DNA from: a virus
IMG/VR virus record: IMGVR_UViG_3300037222_000100
Span: 32,001-96,000 of that record
DNA: 64,000 nucleotides
Reading direction: 5' to 3' (one strand)
Shown piece after piece: positions 37,168-47,692 of this stretch (positions are counted from its first letter, which is position 1; every line of letters begins with the position of its first letter). The notes beneath the pieces are model-generated. The model made no database searches and was not told the DNA's origin. It worked only from the letters and a program-made list of their open reading frames with translations. The position numbers and the translations under genes are program-made.

Positions 37168-39843
37168 CTAAGCCTTCTGCCATACGTTCTCAGCGCGAGG
37201 ACGAATGATCAGACCCGGAACCGTGTCTCCTTCTTGCAGTCCGGTTGGCAGAGTAGGCAACTCGTCATCGCGTAGGAAGAAGTCGGAATCGTAGACGTAT
37301 TCGCCACCCTCCACAGGGGTTTCGGTGCTGTAGATAGCCTGTGGAATTGGGATACCCGCGACTTCTTCGCCATAGGCGATACGGAAGGAGCGAATGGGGC
37401 TTGCTACGCCCACGAGTGAACGCGAGTCCTCGGTCACGGTCAGTTCTGGCGCTTCCGGATGCGCAATGCGCAGAGCAGCTTCCAGTTCAGCGGCGGTTAC
37501 GGTGGCGATAGGAAGCGCAGTCGTTTCAAGTTCTCCTTCGACCGCGCCATAGCGAAGTCGGAATGTGCCCTCTGTTGGATTACCCGTGATGTAGAGTGTT
37601 TGAATGGCCGTATCACCTGTGCTACCCCACCGGAAGCGGTCGCCGGTAACGCCACGAAGAGGTACGCCGTGGTTGTCCGTCTCGAACACGCGTACGAGAT
37701 TGTGATCGTTCGGGACATCGTTCGACCAACGAACATTCTGGACGCCCGCGACGTTGTGAATCTGCTGAAGTAGATCGGAGAGACGAATGACACTGCCGAA
37801 GTACTGATTGGCGAAGAAGGTTGCTAGCGCTTCGCGGATGTTTGTGTTGACCGTAGCGGGCGTAGCCTGCGGCGAGTAAACGACGGTGATGTCAAGCTTG
37901 AAGAAGCGCAGATGTGCCTTGTGAGCCAGCACATCGGTAGTGATCTGTCGATTGGCCTCCAGTGCAGCTTGCAAATCTTCAATGTTCTGATCGTAGAAAT
38001 ACGGTTCGACTTCGAGCGTCGTGGGACTGTGAATTTCGCTGAATCGAAAACCTCCATATTCGGGTTCTGGTTTTGCGGGAGTCGGAATACCTTCTTCGGG
38101 TCCGCCCCTATCGCCCTTGATCGTGGCGCTCCACTCGATGCCATCGCGAGCGCGGATCGTGCCCTCGTGAAGAGACACATTATGCACAAGCCAGTAATGG
38201 GTGCCGAGGTAGTATTTGCTTTCTCCGATGGTGATCTGTTGCGGCAGATTGAGGATAGGCTGCGAGAAGAGCGGAGTAAGGATGTTGCCTTCCATAGGAC
38301 GCTTTGTCGGTTCCCCATCGCGTCGATAGTTCTCGTAGTAGTACATGCTGATCGGGTCATCCACAAACGCCTGTGTGCTCGTCGCAAGGGGCGCGGTGAA
38401 GATCGTAGATGTGGCCTGTTCGTTGCCACCATCTACGTAGACATCAACCGCATTCGTGACGTTGTGCAGGATGCTGTTGCGCGAGGATGTTGATGTGTAG
38501 GCGTATTCGATCAACACGATATCTTCTGGGGCGACGGCCTTGATTGCTTCCTGAGCACCTAGATAGACGTTGATGAACGTGAGGTTGGGCTGTGTGCGTC
38601 CGGTAGGGTCGGTACGGGGGTCTGGGCTCGTGCTATCGATCATGGCGCGCAGCGTGTCTCCCTGGAGCGCAGGCGGGAAGCTGAAGTTGAAGTCTACGCC
38701 CTCGCGGAAGAAGAATTTGCTAATGCCCGATGTGATGTTCGATACGAAGACGGGGAGCGTACCCCAGATTTCCTTGGCGAACGGATTGCTGGACAGGCCA
38801 GTGGTCCACTGATCCACGAGTAGTTCTTCTGCTGGCGTTTTGTCTCCAACGAAGAGCCATCCGTCATCCACTTTGGGCTCCGACATGCCTTTGCTAAGAA
38901 CCAATTCGGTTCCGTTCAAGACTTCTTTGATCGTACCCGAGAAGATCAAGGCCGGGTTACTGCCGCCTTCGTAGACGAGCGCCGGTTCACCCGCTTTGAC
39001 CCCGATGGTGGACTCGATGATGATTGTGGCTGCTTCACCATTACAGCGCACCATGGTGGGGTATGGCACGCCGCTGTAAGGAGTGCCTCCACCGAATGGA
39101 TAGGCCGTCGTATCATCGCCCTTCGGGACCTGGACATACTCCTGATATTTGGAGATTGGTCCGATGGCGACGGCCTTTGTGCTGAAGGCCGTAGCAACAG
39201 CGAGTGCTAGGAATTGATCCTGCGTACCCGCGAGGTTCCTAAAGACGGTATTCTTGAACCGGACCTTGAAGCTGTTGTCGTCCTCTTGATCGGACCCTCC
39301 AGTCGTAGCAGCCGGATTGGTGACGCCCGTGATGCCCAAGATCGACGCTTGGAAAACGAGGATCGTAATCGCTTCAGCCGGGACGTTTCCTGGCGAACCG
39401 GCGTTACGGGCACGCACTGGACAGAGAGGCGTTTCAGTTTCTCCTGCGGGCAACGTCACCGATGCCGTTGTGACGAATTCCTGCAACAGACCGTCTGTTG
39501 TGGTGGCTACGTGGGACTTGAGGATGACGCCTGCGGGAATGACGATATCGACATTGACTGGCGATGTGCGAGTGAACTTGACGAAGCCGGTTGCCGTAGA
39601 CGCTTGAAGTCGGTCGAACCCAAAGAGGGCCATGAAGTTCGTGAGGTTCGACCCGAACTTGCTATCTACGTTGAGGGCATTCTGGAGCCCGATAAGGTCA
39701 ATCGAGTTCTCTGAAATGGCATTGGCTACTGTGTCGAAGACGAGGCGCTCAGGGGTACCTACTTCAGCCGAGATCGACGGCTTGAGCAAGCGTACCTGCG
39801 CAACCATCTGTTCTGCAATCTGCTGCTGTGTCAAGACGGGCAT
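37168..39843 (-). CDS. baseplate J-like protein
   Basis: R..A..ATG.V.F, G..GNV, VTN....GG.D.E.D..F..R. Confidence 0.88.
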   Translation of the reverse strand: MPVLTQQQIAEQMVAQVRLLKPSISAEVGTPERLVFDTVANAISENSIDLIGLQNALNVDSKFGSNLTNFMALFGFDRLQASTATGFVKFTRTSPVNVDIVIPAGVILKSHVATTTDGLLQEFVTTASVTLPAGETETPLCPVRARNAGSPGNVPAEAITILVFQASILGITGVTNPAATTGGSDQEDDNSFKVRFKNTVFRNLAGTQDQFLALAVATAFSTKAVAIGPISKYQEYVQVPKGDDTTAYPFGGGTPYSGVPYPTMVRCNGEAATIIIESTIGVKAGEPALVYEGGSNPALIFSGTIKEVLNGTELVLSKGMSEPKVDDGWLFVGDKTPAEELLVDQWTTGLSSNPFAKEIWGTLPVFVSNITSGISKFFFREGVDFNFSFPPALQGDTLRAMIDSTSPDPRTDPTGRTQPNLTFINVYLGAQEAIKAVAPEDIVLIEYAYTSTSSRNSILHNVTNAVDVYVDGGNEQATSTIFTAPLATSTQAFVDDPISMYYYENYRRDGEPTKRPMEGNILTPLFSQPILNLPQQITIGESKYYLGTHYWLVHNVSLHEGTIRARDGIEWSATIKGDRGGPEEGIPTPAKPEPEYGGFRFSEIHSPTTLEVEPYFYDQNIEDLQAALEANRQITTDVLAHKAHLRFFKLDITVVYSPQATPATVNTNIREALATFFANQYFGSVIRLSDLLQQIHNVAGVQNVRWSNDVPNDHNLVRVFETDNHGVPLRGVTGDRFRWGSTGDTAIQTLYITGNPTEGTFRLRYGAVEGELETTALPIATVTAAELEAALRIAHPEAPELTVTEDSRSLVGVASPIRSFRIAYGEEVAGIPIPQAIYSTETPVEGGEYVYDSDFFLRDDELPTLPTGLQEGDTVPGLIIRPRAENVWQKA

Positions 39844-40298
39844 TATGGAGTCACCGGAATGTTGAGTTCGAGCGTGTCATTCCCAATTTCGAGCGTCAAA
39901 GTACAGATCAGGTGATCCTGCGCCTGGACGAAGGATAGGTCCACGATGCGCAACAGAATCTCACCGGGCGTAAGCGTGAAGCGCCCAAAACGCGACGCAT
40001 CAGATTCGTTGCGCGCGATCTGCTGCGCCTGGTAGTTTTGACAGATGCGCACTAGCTCTGCGTTGACAACGGTGGCGATACGACTGAAGTCTTTTTCGCC
40101 GAAGATGCCAGGGATATCGGGGTTGATGAGGTTGTCCTCTAGGGTCGAACCAAATTCCGGGTGCAGTTCATCAAACCCTAGCGGTGTCAGGATGGCACAC
40201 TTGAGGTCTTGCTGGAGCTTGGCAGCGTCCACGACGGTACCCAAGGAGGTACCGCTGAGTGCCAGATCGCCGTTTGTGAGTTGCAATGAGAAGCTCAT
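39843..40298 (-). CDS. baseplate wedge subunit (gp25/gpW-like)
   Basis: NGDL, LTP.G....HPEFGS. Confidence 0.85.
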   Translation of the reverse strand: MSFSLQLTNGDLALSGTSLGTVVDAAKLQQDLKCAILTPLGFDELHPEFGSTLEDNLINPDIPGIFGEKDFSRIATVVNAELVRICQNYQAQQIARNESDASRFGRFTLTPGEILLRIVDLSFVQAQDHLICTLTLEIGNDTLELNIPVTP

Positions 40299-40304
40299 CC
40301 GCCT

Positions 40305-40326
40305 ATTACCTACCCGAGACGCTCTA
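40305..40326 (-). promoter_or_regulatory. putative late promoter TAGA-N14-TAAT
   Basis: TAGAgcgtctcgggtaggTAATaggcggATG. Confidence 0.65.
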
Positions 40327-40329
40327 CGA

Positions 40330-40980
40330 TCATACGCTTTCCCACAAGGCGACGATGCTCACATCGGGAGCGTTGCTGCCTTTGATAATCGCCGGTACTC
40401 CAGGGGGGAGCACAATGGTCAACGTCGTTTTGTAGTTTAGTCCAACGGAACCCGAACGTTCGGTAATCGCGATCACGTCTCCTTCTACTTCGATGGCCCC
40501 AAACTGCTCCACTTCAGTGATGTTGAAAATGACCAGAAGGAATCGGGCCTTCTCTTGTGCTTTGACTTCGTAAGTTCCTAGTCCTTTCCCTTTTGCGGCT
40601 TTGTCTTCTACGTATCCTGATACGCTAAGTTGAGTTTGTAGTAGTGGTTCAAGTTGGCCATCGACGTTCTTCCAGATGGTGCCCGTTGAAGCGGTAATCA
40701 CAGTATCCCCTGGCTGCACATGTATAGGCGCGCCTGGGGTTGGTTCGAACGGCGTCTGTTCCTCCCAGATACCCTCCAAGAACCACGAGCCGTTTTCTTC
40801 GCGCACGATCCACTTCTCGCCTACCTTTGGCCACCGGAAAGTAGGCGATGCAGAATAGGCGTTGATCTGGATGACCTCGCCGCGTTGGGTTTGTGCTTCG
40901 ATGATGCGATTCGCTGGGTCACAAGTGATAATGCGACAGCCACGCTTGACCTGCTGGTTCATGTGGTCACTGAGGCCCAT
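40330..40980 (-). CDS. baseplate spike-like protein (OB fold)
   Basis: P.VGE.W.V motif; lies between hub and gp25. Confidence 0.6.
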   Translation of the reverse strand: MGLSDHMNQQVKRGCRIITCDPANRIIEAQTQRGEVIQINAYSASPTFRWPKVGEKWIVREENGSWFLEGIWEEQTPFEPTPGAPIHVQPGDTVITASTGTIWKNVDGQLEPLLQTQLSVSGYVEDKAAKGKGLGTYEVKAQEKARFLLVIFNITEVEQFGAIEVEGDVIAITERSGSVGLNYKTTLTIVLPPGVPAIIKGSNAPDVSIVALWESV

Positions 40981-43862
40981 TATCCACCAAACGAATTCTG
41001 TTGTGTTATTTCATTCAGCGATCCGAAGATTGGCCCGGTGGGTTTGGCGTTTTTGGTTGTCTTGCGAGGCAACGCCTTGCGTGTCGGCGTGACGGGCTGT
41101 GATACTTCTCCGCGCTGTGGCTCTAGAAGAGCATCCACCATGTGCGGTGGCAGTTGACCCTCGACGGCGCTCTGTGCCGTTTCTTGGTACACAGACGGGG
41201 CTGTGAGCTTGGCCATTGTCATGAATCCATCCGTGAGGTCCCATGTGTGGGTGACCTCTTCGATGTACATCTGGATGCCGTGCTCCGGGAAAGCCACTTT
41301 GCCTCCGGGGTATAGCTCCGGCATAAAAGTGAACGTGAACGTTGACGCAAACTGCCGTGACCACGAGACGAGAAAGGACTGGTATGCCAAGAGCGACTCA
41401 TAGAGTGTCGAGTAGACCATCGGGAATTCCGTCTTGAGCGGACGAGCACCATAGCGCTTGATGAAGTCGATAGCTTCGCTTGTATGGACGACCTTCGACT
41501 GACCGGGTTGCTGGCTAGCGATTGCTTCCGCTTCTGGGTTGTGGAGTAGTCCGCCCTCGAAGGCTTCGAAGATGGTCATGACTCCGGCATTGACTTCGTT
41601 GATCAACTCCTGGCTTCCTGGCCATGTGCTGTTGCCGATAGCAAAGACGTGCGTTGCGAGCCCCTCGTCGGTAAGATCGATGCCGCCGTCAAGAATCTCG
41701 ATGTCGTAAATCTTCCAGTATGGATTGCGGTGACCCAACTCGCCAAAGTAGTCGGGGTAGAATCCAAAGAAGTCACCATTGGGTAGGGACTGGAAGCTAC
41801 GTAGCGTTGATTCACAGACCTGCTGCACGAATGGCAGTAGGGGCTGCGCATTCATCAATGCCTTCTCGCCCCCGAAGAGTTGTGCTTTGACACGTTCGTC
41901 CGTAGATGGATATGCGATCTGTGAAATGAAGGACGCTGCTGTGGCTGTGCTGTAGAGACTACCTTCGCCTCCGCCAGCGCCATGTGGCTTTTCGGCTCCT
42001 TCTTCCCCTTCGCCTTCGCTGCTACCAGGCAGTGGGGGTGGCTTCGGCCCCGAATAGGTTTCGGTCAGGTGTTCGAGATGCACGGCAGAGAATGATCCTT
42101 CGTCCTCTCCGCCATTGCCTGGACGAAATCCCGCTCCCCCACCTGGGTTGCTACCCGAGGTCGAGAAGTACCGTTCCTGCCCTCCGCTCTTGATCAGCAT
42201 CCAAGCGTGATCCGAGTTGTAGAAAACGGTAATGCTTGGGTCCCCGCCCTGAGCAGGACCAGCAGCGAATCCCTTTTTGCCAAGCAGCGATCCAAGAGAA
42301 CCTGATCCTCCGACTGGTGCTCCCGATGGATAGTACCCGCCTGCTGCAAGAGCGCCCGCCACAGACCCCGAGCAATCGAAGCCATTGACTCCCGCAGACC
42401 CCGCAGGGCCTCCAGCCTCACCGATGCTAGGTGAGCCAGCCGCAGCATGGCCTCCGCCCCACGAGTAGGGATAGTGCTTGTCGGTAACTTCCTGAGCCCA
42501 CTTTTCGATGGCTGCTACGCGAGTCGTTTCGCCGGAGCTTGCCTTTTCCTTTTCTTCACCATGACCACGTTGGCTTTCTTCGGGTTCTCCTTCTCCTTCG
42601 GCTTTCTTACCAGCGTACTGTGAGATCATGCTCTTGGCCCGAGCAACTTCAGTGCTCCAGCGGTCGTGATAGCTACCAGCTAGCGGATGTTGAACTGCTT
42701 CGGCCCACTTTTCCCAGTTGCCTTCCTGGCTCAGCGTGTTGTCGGATGCGAGAGCCGTCTTTGCTGCTTTGGCGAAGGCGTCAGAGGCGATGGATGTGTC
42801 CTTGGCTTCTGCCTGTGTGTATGCCTTCTGGCCGGGGTATGGAGCGTACGTCGGCTTTCCTTCGAACTGGAACTGAAACCATCCAATGGCTCCGCCGCTT
42901 TCTCTGTTGATGCTGCTCTGACTAAAGCCTGTCTCGCAGAGACAAGTGGCGATGACAAAGGCGGGAGGCACGCCATTCTTTTCTGCGTTGGCGACCATCG
43001 TGTTGGTAGCCTTGCCGATGTCAGCGATGTTACCCGTCTTTCCGACTTCACTGCCATTGCCTTCGCCGCCGCCTTTGCCATGTGAAGAGCCCCCAACAAT
43101 AGCTTCCCAAAAGGCTTCAAGCTGCTGTTGCTCGACTGTATGACCGTCCTTTTCGAAGTTGGTCCAAAGGGCGTTGATGAGCTTAGGCACCGTAGAAGGC
43201 ATGGCCTCCAGGTAAATCTGCTCATCGCGCCAATCGGCGATGAAGTAGAGAAGTCCCCAGAGCATCTTGGAGAAGGAACCGTCATTGCCGACCTTCGCTC
43301 CAGGTGACGAGGCGAAAGGAACGCCGTTTGGCGTTTTCGTGAATCCTTCGTCTCCCGCATTCTTGAGTTCCTGTTCGATTCGATTCTGGACCGCCGCACC
43401 CTCTGCTTCCGGCCCGATGATCTGGCCACCACCGCTTGGCGACTGAATGGTCCAGCCCAACTTCTTGAGGAAGGACATGGTATAGGGCTGTGAGAGTTGG
43501 AAGTAGGTATACTGAAGCTTCTTGAGCGTGCAAGACGCCTTGAGCGTCACTACGCCAGGGAACAACTGCGTGTAGGGCGTCTGGTCGAGATACCCTGTGA
43601 AGACCTGCACAGGGTACCCTGCGCGCCGCTCCAGGTAGATGGTGATCGGGTCCATCGGGTGGAATGCGACCGGCGCTGTGGTGAACCGCATTTCTGGGTT
43701 ACGCAAACGCAGTTCTGCCGAAGAGACGGCGTTGGTGACGCGATCGACCGAGCCCCCTACGACGTACTCTTTGAGATCGAGGATGTCGCCTTCGATGTTC
43801 TTCACATAGGCGTAGCACTTGGGCGAGTAGACGAAGCGGTTGGGGGCGTTAGCGGTGGGCAT
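40980..43862 (-). CDS. baseplate hub with lysozyme-like and NlpC/P60 domains
   Basis: ETGF...GAIGWFQ, YPYSWGGGH..FDCSG..H; hub-like termini. Confidence 0.85.
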   Translation of the reverse strand: MPTANAPNRFVYSPKCYAYVKNIEGDILDLKEYVVGGSVDRVTNAVSSAELRLRNPEMRFTTAPVAFHPMDPITIYLERRAGYPVQVFTGYLDQTPYTQLFPGVVTLKASCTLKKLQYTYFQLSQPYTMSFLKKLGWTIQSPSGGGQIIGPEAEGAAVQNRIEQELKNAGDEGFTKTPNGVPFASSPGAKVGNDGSFSKMLWGLLYFIADWRDEQIYLEAMPSTVPKLINALWTNFEKDGHTVEQQQLEAFWEAIVGGSSHGKGGGEGNGSEVGKTGNIADIGKATNTMVANAEKNGVPPAFVIATCLCETGFSQSSINRESGGAIGWFQFQFEGKPTYAPYPGQKAYTQAEAKDTSIASDAFAKAAKTALASDNTLSQEGNWEKWAEAVQHPLAGSYHDRWSTEVARAKSMISQYAGKKAEGEGEPEESQRGHGEEKEKASSGETTRVAAIEKWAQEVTDKHYPYSWGGGHAAAGSPSIGEAGGPAGSAGVNGFDCSGSVAGALAAGGYYPSGAPVGGSGSLGSLLGKKGFAAGPAQGGDPSITVFYNSDHAWMLIKSGGQERYFSTSGSNPGGGAGFRPGNGGEDEGSFSAVHLEHLTETYSGPKPPPLPGSSEGEGEEGAEKPHGAGGGEGSLYSTATAASFISQIAYPSTDERVKAQLFGGEKALMNAQPLLPFVQQVCESTLRSFQSLPNGDFFGFYPDYFGELGHRNPYWKIYDIEILDGGIDLTDEGLATHVFAIGNSTWPGSQELINEVNAGVMTIFEAFEGGLLHNPEAEAIASQQPGQSKVVHTSEAIDFIKRYGARPLKTEFPMVYSTLYESLLAYQSFLVSWSRQFASTFTFTFMPELYPGGKVAFPEHGIQMYIEEVTHTWDLTDGFMTMAKLTAPSVYQETAQSAVEGQLPPHMVDALLEPQRGEVSQPVTPTRKALPRKTTKNAKPTGPIFGSLNEITQQNSFGG

Positions 43863-44629
43863 TAGAAGCCCGCCTGATGGATTTGTTCGCCCGTAGGCAC
43901 AGGAGTGGCGGCGGGTTCCTGTGTCGTGGACGTGGGCTTGCTGTTCTTCGCGGTTTCAGATTTTTCGACTTGACTCGTGTACGGCTTCATGCCCTGGAGG
44001 ATTTCCCACCAGCTTTCTTGTGTCGGTTCGTAGCCACCGATTTGTCGATAGAGCCCTGTGAACTCAAACGCGACGACCACGTTGAAGGTGAAGGTGGGGG
44101 CATAGGTGCCCGCCTTATACGTGCGTCTGATCTCTTCCACAAACCCCTGTGCGCAGATGGGTTTGCGCACGCCTCGCATGATCGGTCGCCGAGTCTTGAT
44201 GCCGCCCTTGAGCACATCCAACTGCGTGAGGTTGCCTGCCCTAACGTTACCCACGGCTTCCTGTTGCAACTTGTGAACGAACTCGACCAACGTGCCATAG
44301 TCCTGTTGGTCTAGGCAGTGTCCTTCGACCACATATGACGGCATGATGATGTTGTGGGGATAGAAGTCGCGCGTACGACGACCTTGCCCGGTTGATCCTG
44401 AGATACCCAGATCGATTTTGATCTCGTTGACGAAGAAGAGGACCTTTTCACGGCTGTTACTGAGTGCTCCATTTGCGCGGGATAGCGCGGCGGTGCGACG
44501 AGCGTCGCCAAGTCGAGTGGCCCGTATGTCGTAGCCCGTGTCGGTGGCCGGAGACACGACACTGGCCCCTGCGGATGCATCAGGCGTGAAGAAAGGAAGG
44601 GCTTGGCTGTTGTAGGCTACGGGTGGCAT
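43862..44629 (-). CDS. tail/baseplate protein
   Basis: Position in module; preceded by the late-promoter motif. Confidence 0.65.
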   Translation of the reverse strand: MPPVAYNSQALPFFTPDASAGASVVSPATDTGYDIRATRLGDARRTAALSRANGALSNSREKVLFFVNEIKIDLGISGSTGQGRRTRDFYPHNIIMPSYVVEGHCLDQQDYGTLVEFVHKLQQEAVGNVRAGNLTQLDVLKGGIKTRRPIMRGVRKPICAQGFVEEIRRTYKAGTYAPTFTFNVVVAFEFTGLYRQIGGYEPTQESWWEILQGMKPYTSQVEKSETAKNSKPTSTTQEPAATPVPTGEQIHQAGF

Positions 44630-44634
44630 CAATG

Positions 44635-44656
44635 ATTACCTCGGCGATGTCCTCTA
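44635..44656 (-). promoter_or_regulatory. putative late promoter TAGA-N14-TAAT
   Basis: TAGAggacatcgccgaggTAATcattgATG. Confidence 0.6.
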
Positions 44657-45454
44657 GTGAATCTTCGGCTGTGGTTCGCCCGTATTGGGTGTGCCCTGGA
44701 GGAGTTCGTCCGGGGATTCTTCGCCCTTGCCCCCGTGACCGAATTCTGGCTTTGCTCCTGCTACTCCGATGATGTCAGCGAAGTTGCCATTCATGTAGGC
44801 AGGCAACAGGCTGTTGTAGTAGTCTGCGATCTTACCCAGACCCGCAGTGATTTCCTTGGCTTCCTGTTCCTTGAATTCAGTTTTGCCTGTGGCCCTGACC
44901 GGCGCGATGAATGGGTTGAGTGCCGGATCACCGGAATCGGGTGAGATGACGCCAGTGAGCTTGAACTGGTCCGCGTTGGCAGCTTCGTGGACGGTTTCTT
45001 TGACCACCATGGCCTTGAGAGATTCAACGTCCAGTCCTTTGTCTACTACGTGCGCAGTCATGAACCACTTGGGTGCGACCATCTTCTTGGAGTAGGTGAA
45101 TCCAGGTGCGTGCAACGGCTGGATTTCGAAGGTCCAGTCACGGTGCGGGTAGGTCATGATCATCGGGGTCTGTTCAAAGCTCGCCCCAGGCCCACTCGAA
45201 GGTCCCTGTGTGGCGATGATGAAGTACTGCATGAAGAAGGAGTAAATCTCCTCTGCCTTCTCATACGTACCTACCGTACCTGTGATCGTGATGTCATCGA
45301 TGAAAGCGCTTAGGATTTGTACGACTTCACCACCGTACGTTGGATACTTGGCGACGTTGAGTCGGTATGCCCATGCGATTTCATCGACACCTGTCTCAAC
45401 GGTCAACGGTGCTCCGCCATTGACTCGTTCGTGCTGAAAGTGAACGGACGGCAT
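44654..45454 (-). CDS. tail/baseplate (tube-initiator-like) protein
   Basis: TYGGEVVQILS motif; immediately after the tape measure. Confidence 0.65.
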   Translation of the reverse strand: MPSVHFQHERVNGGAPLTVETGVDEIAWAYRLNVAKYPTYGGEVVQILSAFIDDITITGTVGTYEKAEEIYSFFMQYFIIATQGPSSGPGASFEQTPMIMTYPHRDWTFEIQPLHAPGFTYSKKMVAPKWFMTAHVVDKGLDVESLKAMVVKETVHEAANADQFKLTGVISPDSGDPALNPFIAPVRATGKTEFKEQEAKEITAGLGKIADYYNSLLPAYMNGNFADIIGVAGAKPEFGHGGKGEESPDELLQGTPNTGEPQPKIH

Positions 45455-45457
45455 GGC

Positions 45458-47653
45458 TTATTCCTTTACGGGCGTTGCACTTGAGCCTTGAGCTTCAGCG
45501 GCTCTTTCTGCTCCCTGGATCATCGACTGCATGTGTGGTGAAAGGCGCTGGAAGTTCTTGTTGGATTCGGCGTTGCTTGGGGTACCACCCGCCTTTGCTT
45601 CCTTGCTCGCGGCAGCTTTAGGGTCCTGAATCTTGAAGAATCGTGCCGCCTCCGGCGTAAGTCCAATCACACCCTTGAGGCCCTGTTCATCTTCGGGTTT
45701 GGCTTCAGTTTGTTTTTCGATCTGTTTTTCATAGGCGGCAACCTGGGCTTGCATCGGTAGTTTGGAAATCTGATCAATGGCGGGCTTTGGAATCTGAATC
45801 TTTTCGGCTTCTCCCCGCAACTGTGCAATCGCGGGACGGAGCCTCTTTTCGCCTTCTTCCTGCTCCTTGCTCTTCTTGTGATCGCCGCCTCCACCGAAGA
45901 TGCCGTGGAAGATATCTCCTCCGGCTTCTGCGATTTTACCCGTGGGTAGACTAATGCCGCCAATGTCCAAATTCGGTATTTTCTTACCGACATTGGTTGC
46001 CGCATCCACGATAGAAGGACCCGCTGGCTTTTGCCCCTTATGCCAAGCATCCATCTGCTTGTTGATCGCACTGAGTCCTTCTTTCATGTGCGAGCGTTCA
46101 GCGTGATGTTCTTTGATATTGAACATATGCTCAATCTGCTGTCCGCTGATCCCCTGCAATTCACCTACTTCCTTCATCCATGCCAATTCGTTTTCTTTGG
46201 CACCTAGGAGCAATTCGCCCTTGGGTCCATACTTGTTTTCCTTCGCTTCTTGTGGCACCATGGACTGGAGATTCTGAATTGTCGTGAAGGCCAAGTCTTC
46301 CTGCGCTGGTCCCTTGAGGGCCGGTACCTGTCCTGGTCGTACGCCCATCTGTGCCGCCGCAGCGAGAGCAAACGGGCTCTGGTTGAGTTGTGCAACGGTC
46401 GTCGGCGGCAGACCAGTACCCTGTGTCACTTCCTTACCGGCCCTAGCTGCTTCGATGCCGAGCATGCCGTGTTCTTCGGCGTTCTTCGTGTACTCTTGAA
46501 TGGACTGGGCCATCTCGTCTAGTGGGAGTTTCGCCGTACGAGCTACGTCGCCCAAGTGACTGGTTACGTCAGTCAGTTCCTTGAGGCTACCGGAGCCGTA
46601 GCGTGTGAGGTTCGCAAAGTTCTTCGCAACGCCCGGAGATAGACCTTCCTTGACACTGGGCGCGAGGGCTAATGCCAAATTCTCTTGTTGACCTCCAGTG
46701 GTTAGTCCCATGAAGCCACTCTGTTGGTTAGAAAACCCTTCGTCCGCTAATCCGCTCATCAACTGTTGTGACTGCCCCTCGGAAATTCCAGTACCCAATC
46801 GCGCCATGGAGAAGGCATCGACTCGTTGACCCAACGTCTGCTTTCCCGCTTCGCTCGTCATAGCGGCGAGAGGATTAGAAAATCCGGCTATGTAGGCTGG
46901 ACCTGCGCCCGTCTGTGGAGAGAATCCTAGGGCCGTACCGGGTTCGAGTGCTGCCCGAGTATGAGCGCCTAGAAAATCCGCATTGCGTTTGACAAACGCT
47001 GTGCCAGCAGCCGCATAGGTGGCATATCGTGATGCTTCAGTCAATCGTCCTGAGACGTTGCCCGCTGAGAACGGACCGGGTTCTTCTGGCGGCAATGGTG
47101 GTTCTCCGGCTTCACTTCTTGCCGTTTCTGCTTGGCTGCGCTTTTTTGCTTTGGTAAGAGCTTTTTTACCTGCGAATTGAGAACCCAATTTCAAGAAGGC
47201 ATCCATACGCCAATCGCCGAAAGTCGGAATTCTTATGGGTTCGTCCTCCATTTCTTGCGCCTGTTGATTGGTCATGCCATGAATCGGGCTTTGTGCCGTT
47301 GGGTCTACGCCAGGAGGAAGACTTGGGGTTGAGCGACGGCCTTGACTGCCGGGAAGTTCTTCGTCCCAAAGCTGCTTTGGTTGTTGTGGGGGCGTGGACT
47401 CGTTCGTGCCTGATTGCGGTTGTTGTGCCGGGGACCAAGCTTGAGATATGAAACGCGTCATAAGAGAGCTTTGGGAACGCTTACCCAATCCGGCAATGCC
47501 GTCTTCGGTAGATATTTTCTCGCGCATAAGGCTCTGCTCCATCGTCGGGGCTTGCATCGCCCCAACATGTTCATCAAGGCGTTCAATCGCGCCCTGGAGA
47601 CTCGCCATGGCTTTGCGCTGAGTGTCTACAGGATCAATAGGGCTAGTGGGCAT
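45458..47653 (-). CDS. tape measure protein
   Basis: Ala/Gly/Gln-rich 731 aa; lies downstream of the tail chaperone and upstream of the hub. Confidence 0.7.
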   Translation of the reverse strand: MPTSPIDPVDTQRKAMASLQGAIERLDEHVGAMQAPTMEQSLMREKISTEDGIAGLGKRSQSSLMTRFISQAWSPAQQPQSGTNESTPPQQPKQLWDEELPGSQGRRSTPSLPPGVDPTAQSPIHGMTNQQAQEMEDEPIRIPTFGDWRMDAFLKLGSQFAGKKALTKAKKRSQAETARSEAGEPPLPPEEPGPFSAGNVSGRLTEASRYATYAAAGTAFVKRNADFLGAHTRAALEPGTALGFSPQTGAGPAYIAGFSNPLAAMTSEAGKQTLGQRVDAFSMARLGTGISEGQSQQLMSGLADEGFSNQQSGFMGLTTGGQQENLALALAPSVKEGLSPGVAKNFANLTRYGSGSLKELTDVTSHLGDVARTAKLPLDEMAQSIQEYTKNAEEHGMLGIEAARAGKEVTQGTGLPPTTVAQLNQSPFALAAAAQMGVRPGQVPALKGPAQEDLAFTTIQNLQSMVPQEAKENKYGPKGELLLGAKENELAWMKEVGELQGISGQQIEHMFNIKEHHAERSHMKEGLSAINKQMDAWHKGQKPAGPSIVDAATNVGKKIPNLDIGGISLPTGKIAEAGGDIFHGIFGGGGDHKKSKEQEEGEKRLRPAIAQLRGEAEKIQIPKPAIDQISKLPMQAQVAAYEKQIEKQTEAKPEDEQGLKGVIGLTPEAARFFKIQDPKAAASKEAKAGGTPSNAESNKNFQRLSPHMQSMIQGAERAAEAQGSSATPVKE

Positions 47654-47658
47654 CAGAT

Positions 47659-47679
47659 ATTACGGTGCGTTTGGCTCTG
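47659..47679 (-). promoter_or_regulatory. variant late promoter CAGA-N13-TAAT
   Basis: CAGAgccaaacgcaccgTAATatctgATG. Confidence 0.45.
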
Positions 47680-47692
47680 CTAAGATGATGCT